From positions 3,489,814 through 3,553,813 of the forward strand of contig NC_134034.1 in assembly GCF_964204645.1 (NCBI RefSeq): 64,000 nucleotides of DNA, given 5' to 3'. Below are positions 51,791 to 64,000 of the stretch, piece after piece. The notes below the pieces were generated by a model that was not told the origin of the DNA, did no database searches, and saw only the letters and a program-made list of their open reading frames with translations. Position 1 is the stretch's first letter; every line of letters starts with the position of its first letter. The translations under genes and the position numbers were made by a program. The DNA comes from Tubulanus polymorphus (Eukaryota; Animalia; Nemertea).

Positions 51791-54263
51791 AAGTCGTGTA
51801 AAGGTCCGATGCTACTGTTTAGGTTTGATACGTCACACGTTACAACAGCATGTCCCTCGACCAACCCTATTTCTATTTGATCTGGGCCCTTACCGTTAAC
51901 GAAAAACCAATATATAATTTACAATACATGTTTAGTCCTTCTGGGCATTGTGGATAGCGTTTTCATGATTAGGTTTTCAAGTTTTCTAACTACGCCAAAT
52001 CACGAATAACGCTTTCAATGATGGCGGAGTAGAATTTATTGTTTATCGCTAACGCGGCGGACAAGCTTAGGTGCGATCGATTAAGAGATCTTGCCCAAAC
52101 CAGCCGATAATTCAATCAGGCGGATGACGCGTGGGTATAATCATTCGAACATTTCTACGGTTTCTGATTAATCCTCGTCAAACAATACGCGCTCTAGATG
52201 ACAGGTTTCTTATCGGTATCGCTTTCAAATTTAATATACCGATATCATAACGCGGCTCGGGTCATTTCTTCACAACAAACCTAAATTTCGAACTGAGTCT
52301 TTGAATGTGACGGTTTTCATTACGAGCGCTTGGCCCGTAGCGCGACTGATTTTACGATTTGTCCGTTCTCGTTAGAATACGGGACTTATTGATACCACGC
52401 CTTTTCGAAACGGCGCTCGGAGGTCAAGACGTTGCTTCGTAACGGCAAATATATACACGCGCAGTTAAAGGCTTGTTATGCTGGGCCCGGTTTTAGAGAC
52501 TGGTATTAACTTTAAACCCGTGGGCTAACTCAATTCATTTTCAATTAAGGTAACCGTCGGGTTAAAAGTAATACCACTCTGTAAAACTGACCCCTGGAGT
52601 TCAATGCCCGGATATTATTCCAGGAAATTTCGGAAAAAGGAAGCCCGATAGATTCATTTCAGAGGCATCCTAAAACACAACCATGCAGTTTCAAAAACTA
52701 CAGAAGGTCAATTTTTAAAATGTGAAAGTTTCAAAGAACCTGACTTTTTTGAAACAACGTTTTTTTACATTTTGCGCCAAATAGGGAAAAACCGGCTATC
52801 CCAAATCATTCTTCCTAGAATTTCGAATGTTAAACTCTGGGCTTACTAAAAGAATACGTAGTATTTGACATCGTACCCCGGCAGGGATTCGAACCTGATG
52901 GCATTGAGATACGGTACGAAACCCTGCCACACTAAACTGAGTGCGCAGCTTAGATGACGTCATTATAAGGCAATCAGATATCCCGTTTCATTTCATCCCG
53001 GGTTTTCCCATTTATAGTTCTCCCGTGAAATTCTCCGCAGTGATTATACAAAATGCAATCTGATTGGTGCCGCAAGTTTTCGTGCGGCAATGCTGCGCAT
53101 GTACCTGCGCACTCGGTCTAGTGTGGCTGGGGTTCGTGCCTTGGCCGAGTGTAGCGATGCCATCAGGTTCGAATCCCTGCCGAGGGAGGATGAGTATTTG
53201 AGAGCATTGAATCCTATGTGAGAACCCTCGTTTCTCAAACGAAGACATGAAAAACATTTCAAGGCACAGCGCGCTATGAAGAGGTTGGCCCAGAATATTT
53301 TCCTGACACTTTTAGGGGGAGCGCGTAACCCGGTCCTAAATCCGCCCCGATTTAACACTATTGATGGTCGTATTTGCTGATTGTTCGCGTTGGCCCAACT
53401 AGATAGTCGTCTAGTCGTTTCTTTCTTAGCTTCAGCTGAAGCCCACCACGTGTCGCTGATGGTCGACTGAAGCGCGCGACGGTGTCTCGCTTTCACCATC
53501 AGTTAGAGTCCGCGGGTTGCAGCCTGATCTATGGTATCACTCATCGCCAGGTGACGAAACAATCTAACAAACACAGGTGCGTAAATGATTATACTCTTCA
53601 TCTTAATATTGTGTATCGCCATCGCGAAAGGGTTTCTGAAAGCTCCACAGGACCGAATCTGAGGACCTGAATGTTTTAGCGCAAATTATCGAGAAAAAGT
53701 CATCCTGACATTCCCCATTAGACTGGAAGATATACCCCTTCTCCAGAATTGTGTCTTTCTTTTACGGAAAGTGCTCGTTTCCAATTTTTGTCCACGAAAT
53801 CCCGTGCTTTTTTACTTAAAGCGCCTTTGATTAGATAAACAGGGCGAGATATTTCGGGTCTCTCGAAGTCTCTTAATTGGAGCCTTTCCGGGGGTTTTCG
53901 CCGATTTCAAGCTTATTTCGTTCAATATGTTGGAATCCATATCGAGGATTCAACACTTGCGATGTCACGTCTCAGGTTTACCAGTAAAACTCGGTTTTTA
54001 ACACGCCTCTAAAACTAAAAACATCATTCGATATAAGAAATATTTGATGAAATTTCCGCGTGCAATTTTCTGTTGTGACAAAATTGTCCGTTTTAGACGA
54101 GTTTTGTGGACAAAATGTTCGTGAGCCAGGAATTATTTTTAACTTGAACCCCTCAAGGAGGGATTTTCTCACCGACACTTTTTATCATCTATATAAACGA
54201 TTTTCCCTCGGAAACAATAAAAAAATTTTCCAGTTTCTAGACGCCATTTTGAGGCGGTCCCTC

Positions 54264-55938
54264 GAGGTCCCCATTGTTGCGATAATTTGCGCTCATCGTT
54301 AGGATATAAGTTTAGATTGAATATCAAATAGCTCTGTAGTCCCTTGCTCGATGAACTTAATCGATACACCATTTTAAAGGAAATGAAATGAAGATATTTG
54401 CCGGTGATTCTTGGATATTTTTAACGCAACGATTAAGCGCAGTGACAATGTGAAACCAAGGACCGCATATTTCAACCGCGCGTCAAAAAATTGCGATTTT
54501 TATAGATTTTGAAATATCTCAGTGGTTATTAAAGCTAGATTTCCCATTTTTACTGAGGCTATAGTCAAGAGCGTTATTTGCAGTTTGGGCCTACGTTAAA
54601 AATTTTAGATATCTCTCCAGACTACTGATCTGTAATCGATAGCATTTAAGATTTCAAAGGGGTCACCCACTACGCACCGCTATTTCACTGAACATTGAGA
54701 TTTGGGAAAAGAAAATGCCAAAAATACAATTTCATGCTGGTTTAATTATCAATATTAATTCTTAAGGTTATACGTTACCTTTACTTTCGTATGGTTGAAA
54801 ATGGACTTAGAGGAGTACGAGTTTTGAAGCGTCGGGAAATTAAAGGATTTCTTGAAACAAAGGAGACTTTCTGTGCTGATTGCAAAGGTGACCTAGTTGA
54901 GAGCCTATCTTTGCGTTTGAATAGAATGTACCGATCATGGTTGGAGACTATCGAACAAAATCAAGGTTTTGATATGTTTTTGAATATGTGGCTCAGTTGA
55001 ATGCTGCAAAAAGGACGTTGACCCTCTAAAACAGAATATTAAATGGGGGACAGATATGATATTCATGATATTGGAATTTGATATCAGTAAGGTTTTCTGT
55101 CATGTTTTCTAGCAAGAAGGTCGATATTCAGTAAATTCGTCGTTTGATCCAATAATGAGGGATTACGATATAGACTTATGTTTTAAACACGTCATAAGCG
55201 TTTAAATTGATGGCCACCGTTTAACCATGGGCTCCAAAACGTTTTAGAGTCCACGATTTCACCGAACACAAAATCGGCGCCAGTCTGGACGGACTGCATA
55301 CGACAATTCACAAACTGCGCCGTTCAAACTTCAATAGCGGGAAAAACCGGATCCCGAAAGCAAGCTTTAACGAATGCTCCCGCCAAATATTGTACAGACA
55401 AGATAGGGAGTATAATCTCAAAATATTCCCATGGAATATGTGAAGAAATTAATTGTCATTTAAAGATTTTTATGTCACAAATCTCAACGTTCAGTGAAGG
55501 CGTTGCGCAGTGGGAGACCCCTTTGGCGCGTAATCTCAAACTCTAGCGGTTATACATCAGTCGTTAGGAAAGATACCTAAAAAAAATCGAGGTAGGCTAA
55601 AACTGCAAATAATGCTCTTTAATATCAGTAAAGATGGGAAATCTAGCTTTAATAACCACTTAGATATTTCAAAATTAATAAAAAATCACGCAGTAAAGGA
55701 CGAGCGGTTGAAATATGCGGTCCTTGGTTTCACATCGTCACTGCTCTTAATTGTTGCGGTCAAAAAAATCCAAGAATCACCGGCAAATATCTGCATTTCA
55801 TTTCCTTTGAAATGGTGTATTAATCAACTTAATCAAGCAAGGGACTGAAGAGTTGTTTGATATTCAATCAAAAACTTATTTTACGTGTGCGTTGGGCTTT
55901 AAAAATGAGCGTAAATTATCGCAACAGTGGGGACCTCG
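54264..55938. mobile_element. ~1.7-kb non-autonomous foldback element with ~430-bp diverged TIRs
   Basis: gaggtccccattgttgcgataattt... versus ...aaattatcgcaacagtggggacctc; arms align through gtgaaaccaaggaccgcatatttcaaccgc and tcactgaac. Confidence 0.8.
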
Positions 55939-56014
55939 TTATTATGGTTTTGTCGCCCGCAACAATTCATTTTTTGGTTTCTTGTTTGGTTTCGCCTGGA
56001 GTGAGTGGTTTCAT

Positions 56015-56322
56015 GTTTGGTTTCGCGCCGAAAACCCGATCTCAGTACGGCTCGGAGCTGGCCGCGTATTTAGTGTAGTGTGTATTTTACTACGGGGTTG
56101 TAAATACGCGGCTAGCTAAGCGCCGAATCTGCGTTCACACTACAGAAAATAAGCGGCCAGCTCAGTGCCGTACTGAGATCGGGTTTTCGGCGCGGAATCG
56201 CTTTCCGCGCTTAATAAGCCGCGTATTTCAGTACGGAACCGAATAAGCCGCGAATAGGCCTCGAATAATTTCCAAGTGTGAACGCTTAGTACCGTACTGA
56301 AATCCTGGTGTGAACGCAGCTT
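56015..56322. mobile_element. Palindromic Harbinger-like MITE cluster
   Basis: ctgcgttcacac...gtgtgaacgcag ends; 56020-56080 is inverted at 56135-56197. Confidence 0.6.
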
Positions 56323-57208
56323 TAATAAGAAATTCACTGTTACCCGCGGGGTTTAATTACGTGTCGCAATTGATAATAGGTTAGCACCGCGAGCAACACC
56401 TGATTCACGTAGTTAATCAGAAGTGATAGGGCGTGTTTGACCACGACAGTTTTGTGATTTCACTCGCAACATTCTAAATGTATTGATTTCCGTGCGACGT
56501 GTGATTACGTACAATCAGAAATTAATTTAGGTGATCGGATTCAGAAGTAAAATTTCCCAGAACTGCGTCATATCTCTCACGGGAACTCCGTTAATTTATT
56601 TCGGAGCAGCCAAGGTTCGAACCCTTGTTTCGGGACGAAAATGCTTGAATTGCCGGGGCCCCAGTTTTAACTTAAACCAAAAACTTAATTTTTCATATGA
56701 AGATCCGACATGCCAGTTCTCCCACCAGATGGCGGCACTAAATTTCCTAACATTGATTAAAAACGGTACTCGATCAGAATCAGCTTAGCTGAGTTTTACC
56801 TTCCTAAATCTTTGACGTAAATCGGAAGTAGGATTTCGCTTCGTACGACCATTACAGTTATAGACAATACTGTCCTACTGCACACTAGCGCACCTGGTGG
56901 GCCCTCACATACCACAGTAGCGTTGCCGAGTGCCCGTTGAGTAAAATGCCTTGCAAAGATTTCAAAACAAGATGCCGCAAAAGTAATCAGGACCCGGCTC
57001 CACGCAGCTGTGAGTTTGGAGTTAGAGTCAGTTCATTTTCGATGAATTAACTCATTAAACAAATCTTAACTCTGAACCGTGGAACCGAATCCAAACGTAT
57101 ATAAGAGTTGATGTTCGCGATGAGGGGGAAACTAGGGAGAACTAAGGGAGCAATGTCGTCGAAGAAGGCTTAATGAATGTTGTTCAAATTATTTTCTATT
57201 AAAACAGT

Positions 57209-58396
57209 ATGAACGAATCAAATATAATGGTTGCCAAAACGTTTCTATGTTCGGTACTACTGTTACTGGTCATTACGTTACCGAGTGACTGTACGCCAGA
57301 AGGTATGGGCCTGTGTGAAACATTACAGACCGACATGGTGATTCCAAAAGAGAAAACCTACGAATACAACGGCAGAACGATAAGACTGATGTGCATGGGA
57401 AAAGTGAGAGTTAATAAATGTGAAGGGCTGTGCGTATCGCAAGTATGGCCCAGTGTAAAGCATTATCCAGGCTTCAAGAAGGTAGGATTTCAGATGGTTC
57501 CGCGATTTGTTCGAGTTTCATTTGACTCTGGATCCAATTCTATAGTTTTAAGGGTTTCATATGGATTTGATTTTTTTCTGGATCCAGGTCCACAGTGGTA
57601 TGGGATTCATTTTCAACTTCGGGCCCAGTTGGTTTAGTTTAACTCTTGGTTGAGTTCCGCAGTTCTGCGAGTTTGATTTTTCTCCAAACCCAGTCGCCAC
57701 AGTTGTGTGGGTTTAGTACGACTTGTTCCAGTACCAGAGTTGTGTGGATTTGATTGTACCCGGGATCCAGTTCCACAGTTGTGTAATAATAATAATCATG
57801 GTAATGATAATGATAATAATATATTTTCTCATAAAGCGCATAAAATCTTAACTACCGCGCTTCACATTCTAAAACTACATTATAAAAGTACAAGTTAAAA
57901 AAACACTCATATAAAAAGAAAAGTTTCAATCTGGATTTGAGGGCTGAGACGGGATGGAGACTCTATTATGCTACGAGGTAGACCATTCCAAAGATTAGGA
58001 GCTGAATATTGAAATGACCTCTTTCCAATAACCTTTTTGGCATAGGTTGAACTGAAATTGGGGAATCATTGCCAGAACGAAGTGTACAAGGTGGAACATG
58101 GGTATGTGGGTTCAGCCTGGCTCTGGGTCCTTTTCCACAGGTTATAATTTGTTTAATTGGATTAGTTTGTCAATAAAATTGAACATGACTTTAAAAAAAA
58201 CGTAAGTTGGGAAACTGTAGATTTATTTTGTTCGTTTGTTTTGCAGGATTGCCGATGTTGTCGAGAAGGTCGCCTGAAGTCACGTATGATAACGCTCGAC
58301 GAATGTTACAACGGAAGTAAACAGGTGCCCGGACAAACCGTCACATTCTTCATACAGGAACCGATCGAATGCGCATGTCTGAGTTGTACGGTATGA
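57209..58396 (+). CDS. pburs: Bursicon beta subunit (partner of bursicon), cystine-knot neurohormone, 140 aa. Exons 57209-57481 and 58247-58396
   Basis: Signal peptide, then CETL...C.GKV.VNKCEG.C.SQV.PSV....GF.K|DCRCCRE..L..R.ITL..CY...EP.EC.C..C with 11 cysteines. Phase-0 AAG|gtagg...gcag|GAT join. AATAAA at ~58467. Confidence 0.93.
57783..58110 (-). mobile_element. 3' fragment of an L2-group LINE in the bursicon beta intron
   Basis: Minus strand KRSFQYSAPNLWNGLP, then gtgaagcgc...gcgcttta and a (tta/tca)n tail. Confidence 0.75.
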
Positions 58397-59446
58397 TCAC
58401 ACGTGACTAATAATGAATTTGTCCACGAACGTAGAACTAAATGGAAGCTATATTGATTTTTCGATGAATAAATCTATACACACGCAGTTTTGTCCGTTAA
58501 TTCGTCTTGAGAGTTTTTCTTTGACGCTATCCAAAACGATCTGAACTTTTTTCACCTTCAACCAACTAGGGTGATCATGTTTAAAGTTGATTTCCCCTTC
58601 GCCCATTGACCGCCAAGGCATCGGTTTCTCGTTCGCGAGAGGCGTGAGTGTCCGGAGACCAACCTAAAAATTACCGAACTATTCAAGTTATTTCTTTCTG
58701 GGTCGTATCATTTCCCATTACCTTCACTCCAGGAACACAATTGCGTATTGCAAACCGAATTTGGATATTGTGCATTCATTGAATATTCTTCTCAACTCCA
58801 CCTTAGCTTAGGTACTTAGCAGGAATATGTAGAAATCCGTCTAGTCAGTCCGTGCATTTGACCGCGCATCGTACTAGATTAACCCTGAAAATCATATTAT
58901 CAAAAATCTCATGTCCGAAAAAGTACGTAATTTACAAAGACGTGTAGAATTTGAAATGAATTGTTTTCAAAGCCTTCTTTTGCAATACGATCTTTTATTG
59001 ACGTATTTTTTTCTCTGTAAATTCTTGGCGTACTCTTTCTTTCTTGGGCGCTAACGCTCAGCGGGCTTTGTTCGAACCGATAGATTGTATTTTCGTGTAT
59101 TTTTTTTTCAAATACCTAACTTTTCTATACAAGTAAACAGAATAGAATTGAACCAGAAACCCTGCTGCTGCGTTGCGTATTGACGAGGATCGACTTATCA
59201 AAAACGACAAGACCAATCAGCTAAAGGGATGAAGCCTGCCGCAGGAAATCGCTTGTGAACACCAGGCTTAAGACTTTTATTCTATATTCTCAATTTCATT
59301 AGAATCTGGAATCGGTTCCACTTTCGCCAAGTACGACACCCAAAATCCTATCCAAGTTTTTTCGATGACACCAAAAAGAATGAATAATTTAATTGCATCT
59401 TTTTTCGACAATTCCAAGCTGTCGATTTATACCTATATATACACCA

Positions 59447-59557
59447 AGGCCAGTTTTATTGACTGGTATTAACTTTAACCCGGGGGCTAACTTAATTCAT
59501 TTTCAATTGAGTTAGCCCCCGGGTAAAAGATAATACCAGTCTATAAAACCGGGCCCA
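59447..59557. mobile_element. ~110-bp palindromic MITE; relatives at 34378-34475, 50186-50300, 52482-52597, 56992-57092
   Basis: gactggtattaactttaacccgggggctaact...agttagcccccgggtaaaagataataccagtc. Confidence 0.8.
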
Positions 59558-60124
59558 AGAGGACAAGTTACGGTGAACAGCCGCGCCGATACGTCGCCTT
59601 CTAAGCGTTCAACTGTATCCTTTTAAATTTTTTTTTGTTTTGTTAAATCCAAATGCTAGAACTCAAAAGCTGTTTAAGTTCTTACTCTTGAATAACTTAT
59701 CAAGATTTGTAACAGAAAACCGTCGCGCGGTTTTGAGGAATATTTTGACGGCTCGAAATCTTACCGAGGGTGTGTGTCGAATAACATAATCTTAAATTCG
59801 GAAATACGACTTGAGGGCTCAATCTCTGAATTTAAACGCATCATTAGAGCGTGGATCCGTGGAAGTTAGCAATATTAGGGTCACGCGCTAAAAAAAATGT
59901 ATTTTCCTTCGTTAAAATCAGATTTGAATGAACCTTACGATACCGCGCTGTTATACGGTACAGCTTAGAATTAACTTAAGGTATAAATTGCGCGCGCGTC
60001 GTTAGCGTGTTGACGCGTCGCATTTTCGTTGATCGTTCCAATAATGAAACGCGTCGTATAGACTGGTTACCGCTCTCTATCAGCAATTAGCATATTGAAT
60101 GGGACAGGCAACCAGTCTACGCGT

Positions 60125-60445
60125 CGTACACGCGAGATTGTATGGAACGCCATCCTAGCAAAAACTCTACATCGCATTTTAACAACGTACTCGCAATCTT
60201 ACAACATCTTATATCGTACACCAGGTGGCGCTGGGGTTTGATAGTATGCCTATAGAAATTCACACACATAAAACTACTATGAAAAATAATTCACTCCAGC
60301 GCCACCTGGTGTACGATGACGAGGGCATACTGTTAGAAATTCAACGCTGGTTGCAAGGTTGCGAGTTGGTTGTAAGATTGCGAGTGGGTTGTTAAAATGC
60401 GATGCAGAGTAATTTTTGCTAGGATGGCGTTCCATAGATTGGAAC
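60125..60445. repeat. Inverted repeat (~110-bp arms) with convergent CACCAGGTGGCGCTG motifs
   Basis: 60142-60237 versus 60293-60437. Confidence 0.8.
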
Positions 60446-60759
60446 AAGTTCATCGGATACATCGATTTGCGGTACACGCGTTTAGTATATTTCCAAAACG
60501 CCAGCAATCAATTTCCGTTTTGCAAACGAAACTGAAAATCAACGTTAACAATATTAGGTCAATTCTAAACTGTACCGTAACTTATGCGAAAACAAATGAT
60601 TGTCTGAGGAGGTCGATATTTCTCGGACAAAATTTTCGAGCAAGCCTAACCAGAAGCTACGTATACGTATATCCCTGATATGATCGAGCGCCGAGTTGCA
60701 GTTCGTGACCACCACCTGAAATGATGGAAATTAACGATACAAGTTACAAGTTACGAGTG

Positions 60760-61250
60760 AGTTTATTCATCGTAATCAAATGACACGATCGTCAACGAAC
60801 ACTGAAACGGTAGAAAAAGAAAACAATATATATACAATGTACATATATACAATACCAGAATTATACAAATATATACAAGAAAAAGTGCACGAGACAATTA
60901 CCGTACTGCACAAACATAACTTCGAGCATCAAATTAAATATGATATTCTTATCCCGATTGGATATAGTTGCCCAAATTTACCAATTCCGATTAACAACCT
61001 ATATCATTAAGAATTCTATTTATATCATTTACACAAACATTAACCGGAATTAAATTTCTTCCTGAGATTGCTGAATTTGCTACACGTTAAGATGAAGTGC
61101 AGCTCATCTTCGACACAGTTACACGTATATCACAAAGCCTGTTTTCTCCTACCCAATCCCTTTCTATCATCAGTCGGTGAGATGAGGTACGGAGTTTGGC
61201 AATTGCACTTCTAATACTAAAATTCTTTACAATCGATAAATAGTTTACTA
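60760..61250 (-). mobile_element. 3' fragment of a non-LTR retrotransposon (C-terminal Cys/His motif)
   Basis: Minus strand AIAKLRTSSHRL...CNCVEDELHFILTC, frameshifted; aataaa and short tandem tail. Confidence 0.7.
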
Positions 61251-63161
61251 GCTGGTAAGACTGTTACAAGACATCGGCAAGGCGAACAACACGGCGAATT
61301 AAGAGTACCGGCGAACCTATAGCCTTCCCAATGAGATTCAACGCCTAATTCTGGATAGACCTTCCTTGTTCGTCAATCCACAAATTTTACACTCGTCCTC
61401 AAATCTTTTCGGGTGTATTTCTATCTCGAGATTTCCCGCGTAAACCCAACGTAGCTGCAAGGGAATCCCCGTCGTCAGGCTCGCCCGCTACTGACCTATA
61501 AATCAGTGCACAGCCCTTCCTTTTCTCTTCGATCCCGCCTCTCTATTTCCCAGATCAGTCTCGCGCTGCAACTCCTTCATCGCCTGATTGAAATTGAAAT
61601 CTGTTTTCACTGCCATTATTTTTGACGTTATTTCGAAATTAAGTTAAGGAAGTTAAGGGGCTACACGGAGAGACCGGAAAGCCTCATATAAGCTGGAATC
61701 AGACGGAATAACAAGCAGCACTGTATACTTCCGTCGTTATTTTCCCCCCGTGCCTTTTTTTTCTAAACGACAATTTTTCTCTAAGACCTCACTCTAGTGT
61801 CTGGAGATTACATTAAATGCATCGACATTTCACAAAGTTTCCCAGACACCGATTTCCCTTCGCGGCGAAGGCCGTCGCTCTAAATACTTGACTTTTCCAA
61901 CCGTATACGTGACTTTCATCCTCCAGTTTTTGGTGTTCCAGTCAAAGTCTACCCTGAATCTACCGCTGTTTCAAAGTCCTGTTACGTTCAGTTTTTAGAA
62001 TTGAACAAGCGATTACCAGAGACTATAACTGCGCGGACACCGACGTAGATATATCGCTGTTAGCGGTTTGCGGTTTGGATGAACGGGTAGCAAATTCTGC
62101 TTAGCGATTAAAACTCCATAAAACTCGTTTCCACATCCAGAAGCAATCCTCAGAGTTCTATGTGAACTCCCGCACGTTCACGGCTACATTTAATGGCTGC
62201 GATACGCTGAAGTTTCGTTAGCAGTCGTGCGGTGACTATAACTTTCGGTATCCAGCGCGGTCCCAAGGCTGCGTGGGTTTACGCGGATATTAAACAGCCT
62301 AATCTCGCATCTCTAATTAATCGAAGGTCTTGCGCTAATCTGTTTAAATTCGACAGGGAAATCTTGCATTCGTTTAATGTTTGTAGTTATTGCCGTCGAG
62401 TTTGTAAACACTGAACTTGACGTATCCGCTACGTGTATTGAACCAGCTCCATTTCCGAGTACATATACGGATAAATTTGAACTTTTTAAACTTAGAATAG
62501 GAATGGTTTCCCCCTTGATCGAATAGTTGACTGATTGATCAGTTGATTTCTACCTAAAACCTGAAACCCAACAAACATGCCGGGAGCGAAAAGTATGTTT
62601 GATTTTGAAGTCGGTAATCGCAGTACGGACAGATATATAGTTGGATTTTCGGTGGATTCTACGTGATTTTATGTTAAAATCGATCGTACATTATTGAACA
62701 TTTTCAACATCAGTACCGATATTAATTGGTCACTTCGACAATATTGCCCCACCGCAAGAATTACAAGAATTACAGATAGCATGATATGATTTCGTGGGGG
62801 ATTTTTGAAGAGGAAACCATCAGTTTCGACAAAGGAGAATTTTCCTTAGAAAATTTTGAAATCGGTTCTCCAATGTCGTCTATTTGATGGCTGTCATGAA
62901 GGAATGATATTTCTTTATAAAATGAAAGAAAGAATTCCTAACAATTTTGAGGTCAGCTCAAAAATTTTAGGGGGACTAGCCCACTTGCCCCCTTGGATCC
63001 GATGGAGGTCCAATTTAAATAATGGCTTTTCTAGGCACAATTCCCTTCTTTCTAAGTATATTATTTCATGCCTTGCCAAACACTAATTATTCACTCACTC
63101 ACCAATTTACTCAATTAACCTGTCCTCCTTTGTATATATACCCCTGTTTTTAGTCTATATC

Positions 63162-63288
63162 TCACACATGACGATGATCTCTAGTGTGAGAGCGAAACGT
63201 CGTGTTCTTATATTTTAGATCGTTTCAATAAATAAATTCTCGATTTTAGATTTCTTATAATTTTTAAATAGTAGGTTTTTATCTTATC
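63162..63288 (+). mobile_element. Penelope-like pLTR with mutated hammerhead core (ATGACGA)
   Basis: acac-ATGACGA-tgatctctagtgtgagagc-GAAACGTC-gtgt...aataaataaa...ggtttttatcttatc. Confidence 0.8.
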
Positions 63289-64000
63289 AAAACAAACAGA
63301 TAATGACTGAACAGAGCCAATATGGCAACGACCGAGCTGACTTTTGCGGCCGACGGAGTCCCGATTGAGTCATTCGGGTGAATACGTGTTGGTCACGTGC
63401 CGCAGTAGGCAATACCGGATGCACGTCGAGCAGACGATGCTATTCGCCTCCACATCGCAAGAATGAGAATCATCGATCGTGTTTTTATCACCGGATACTT
63501 TGACAGTCGACTACAACCGCCGCAAAAACGACTGCTTCATATATTAATTAACTCGGAGCTGAATTAATAGCCGTTAAAACCACAGCGGGCTGATATCATA
63601 TGATATCAGCTTAATGTATCAAGAGATCGTAACGCGCGGTCGTTCGGGGAGGAAACGAGCGCGGTTGACGAAAACATTTTTATACCTCGGAAATCCAATT
63701 TTCTAGGTATCAAAGCATTAACATCGGTCGTGAGTTTGAGTCAATGGCTCGAAGATCCAAACCCGACTAAACCGGTGATCTTTAATTGTAGTTTATTAGA
63801 TTTCACCACGAGTGATGGCAATTTGACAGTTTGAATGACTGAAAATGAAACTAAAATAGAAACTTTTCTGATTTTGAGAGTGTTTTGAGTTTCGTATATA
63901 TCGTAGTCGAGCTCTAGAGTATAGAACTATTCTCTAGTATTCGTAGTCGCATCTTTCGCAGCTATCTCTGTTACATCGACAAAGTTATCTTCAACCTTGT

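Noticed and set aside
51436-51880. Thr/His-, Val- and Gly-rich ORFs
   Set aside because: Products of a (GGT/GGC)n tract open in several frames; no convincing gene structure
53044-53499. 151-aa minus-strand ORF with dibasic sites as a neuropeptide precursor
   Set aside because: No signal peptide and it runs through repeats; the region may instead be a + strand 5'UTR exon (donor cag|gtgcgt near 53577), which is also unsupported
57482-57637. C-terminal 50 aa of the 142-aa ORF
   Set aside because: Read-through into the intron; the true C-terminus is exon 58247-58396

Overview
Eukaryotic (metazoan) genomic DNA with GT-AG introns, probably from a marine spiralian invertebrate; the taxon is inferred from gene content and repeat types, not proven. 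I could reconstruct eight protein-coding genes by hand. (1) A CUB / C-type lectin / LDL-A receptor (GRL101-like LGR candidate) that runs off the left edge. (2) A somatomedin-B-domain secretin-class (Methuselah/adhesion-like) GPCR. (3) Alpha-tubulin, head-to-head with (4) a DUF4773-like protein. (5) The 9-exon ciliary gene CATIP. (6, 7) Two class A GPCRs with intronless CDS. (8) Bursicon beta. Introns and intergenic DNA are dense with repeats: LINE remnants, a tRNA-derived SINE and many MITEs. Three non-coding signals stand out. First, Penelope-like pLTR insertions carry minimal hammerhead ribozyme motifs, in two families. Second, a 77-bp structured minisatellite with a CTCF-like core forms five sense-oriented arrays just downstream of coding exons. 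Third, a non-autonomous DNA transposon with TAG...CTA ends and 9-bp target-site duplications (TSDs) is present three times in 2.1 kb, once inside itself.
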